64,000 bases of DNA from the human T2T-CHM13v2.0 reference genome, Homo sapiens, in contig CP068257.2 in the NCBI GenBank assembly GCA_009914755.4, positions 15,040,001 to 15,104,000 of the forward strand. Reading direction: 5' to 3'. Positions 62,547 to 64,000 of this stretch are shown here, piece by piece. Each line of letters starts with the position of its first letter. Within the stretch, counting starts at the first letter, position 1. Below the pieces are notes generated by a model. It saw only the letters and a program-made list of their open reading frames with translations. It was not told the origin of the DNA and searched no databases. Position numbers and translations under genes: made by a program.

Positions 62547-62761
62547 ATAAAAAGGGAAGGGAATTAGACATTGAGTACCCAATATGTACTAGGAAGTGAC
62601 GTAAATGTTTCATAAATGAGACTTCATTTCGACCCTCCTCCACGTGTTATGTTTTCCAAGCATTAAAACTTTACAGTATTCAAAGCTACTGTTATCACGT
62701 CAGTTCAACCAAAAGGACAGTTTCCCAGTCATACCTGAATATAGTCAGCTACCTTCCCTAT

Positions 62762-63200
62762 TGATATAGTTTGAATATTTGTCCCCTCTCAAATCTCATG
62801 TTGAAATACAGTTCCCAATGTTGGAGGTGGGGCCTGGTAGGAAGTGTTTGGGTTATGGGGACAGATCCCTCGTGGCTTGGTACCGTCCTTGCGATTATGA
62901 GTGAGCTATTTAAAAGTGTGAAGCAGGTGGCTCCTTCGCACAATGGATAGTGCAGTGGACTTCTAAAAGTGTTATGCGCCTCCTCGTCTCCTTGTTCCTG
63001 TGCCCACCGTGTGATGTCCCTGCTTCCGCTTTGCCTTCCGCCATCATTGTAAGCTTTCTGAAGCCCTCAACCAGAAGCAAATGCCAGCATCATACTTCTT
63101 ATACAGCCTGCAGAACCGTAAGCCAATGAAACCTCTTTCCTTTATAAGTTACCCAGTCTCAGGTGATTCTGTATAGCAATGCAAGAACAGCCCAATACAC
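62762..63200 (+). repeat. MSTA-type MaLR solo LTR, forward orientation
   Basis: tgatatagtttgaatatttgtcccctctcaaatctcatgttgaaatacagttcccaatgttggaggtggggcctggtaggaagtgtttgggttatgggg ... ccatcattgtaagctttctgaagccctcaaccagaagcaaatgccagcatcatacttcttatacagcctgcagaaccgtaagccaatgaaacctctttcctttataagttacccagtctcaggtgattctgtatagcaatgcaagaacagcccaatacac. Confidence 0.85.
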
Positions 63201-63802
63201 CTACTAATCAGACAAAAGCACTCAACTAGCAATTATTTGTACTTGTTTCTGTGACTCTCTAGGGAGCCTAAAGTCCTCTGAGGCTTACTAAGCTTGGAAA
63301 TGAGTCCACTGACATATGTTCCAGATATTCAGAAGTCTCCTTCTTTCTCTCTCCATCTCCAATCCACAGTGGTTCTTTCCCCCACTGTCTTATTTTGTCA
63401 CTGCCACATCTATCAATAGCTGTGCACACAATATTCACTTCGGTTAATTATTTCCTTCATTAATTGGTTCCTTTTATTATCGAATTGTAATAACAATGTT
63501 TATTCAGGAGTTTCATCTTTGAAGATAGTGGATTAGAGTCTATACAGTCACCTTCTTCCTAACACAGCTAATTGGTCTTGCTACACATGATTAAACTCTT
63601 TCTCCACATGATTGTTTTATGTAGTGATCATTCTTTCCTAATCTGATTTTCTACATTTTCTAGAACTGGTTTGCTTATTCACTTTTACCAAGTGAATAAA
63701 GAAGAAGCAGATGAATTGATATCTACATTTTAAATTCCTTATTTACACAGAAGCAGATGAATTTATATCTACATTTTATAGACAGCTATAAATATTTGGG
63801 GT

Positions 63803-64000
63803 TTTTTTTGTTTTTGTTTTTGTTTTTGTTTTTTTGAGACGGAGTCTCGCTCACTCACCCAGGCTGGAGTGCAGTGGCACCAACTTGGCTCACTGCAAGC
63901 TCCGCCTGCCGGGTTCACGCCATTCTCCTACCTCACCTTCTGAGTAGCTGGGACTACAGGAGCCCGCCACCACGCCCGGCCAATTTTTGTATTTTTAATA
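63803..64000 (-). mobile_element. Alu element, reverse orientation, cut off by the window end
   Basis: ttttttttgtttttgtttttgtttttgtttttttgagacggagtctcgctcactcacccaggctggagtgcagtggcaccaacttggctcactgcaagctccgcctgccgggttcacgccattctcctacctcac. Confidence 0.9.

Noticed and set aside
62057-62643. Six overlapping 144-174-aa ORFs on both strands
   Set aside because: All are translations of the TA/CA minisatellite (poly Y/I/C/V peptides) with no coding signal, so they are an artefact of low-complexity sequence.

Overview
This window does not look prokaryotic. It reads as human or closely related great-ape nuclear DNA: AT-rich, with no CpG island and no convincing cellular protein-coding gene, rRNA, tRNA or CRISPR array. 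Almost all recognisable structure is interspersed repeats: eleven Alu elements, many L1 fragments, MaLR-type elements, MIR fragments, several microsatellites and one large TA/CA-rich minisatellite. Several Alus have intact target-site duplications (TSDs). One AluY has a 28-A tail and a perfect 16-bp TSD. One 5'-truncated Alu has a 29-bp TSD. Two L1 copies show the internal-inversion signature of twin priming. A compound three-part L1 cluster spans 45.9-51.9 kb. A complete THE1 retrotransposon (LTR, 1.6-kb internal region, LTR) carries a 5-bp TSD, and two further THE1/MSTA solo LTRs lie at 24.5 kb and 62.8 kb. Every long ORF in the six-frame track is either an L1 ORF2 remnant or a translation of low-complexity DNA; the largest is a 462-aa ORF2 C-terminal fragment at 46087-47475. 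The most unusual structure is a ~380-bp inverted duplication, ~97% identical, of an old L1 ORF2 3' segment at 14727-15105 and 18505-18890. Standard retrotransposition does not explain it. I find no novel gene system here and say so. The interest lies in transposable-element architecture, candidate polymorphic insertions and repeat instability. All coordinates are approximate to within about 10 bp, because no alignment tool was run.
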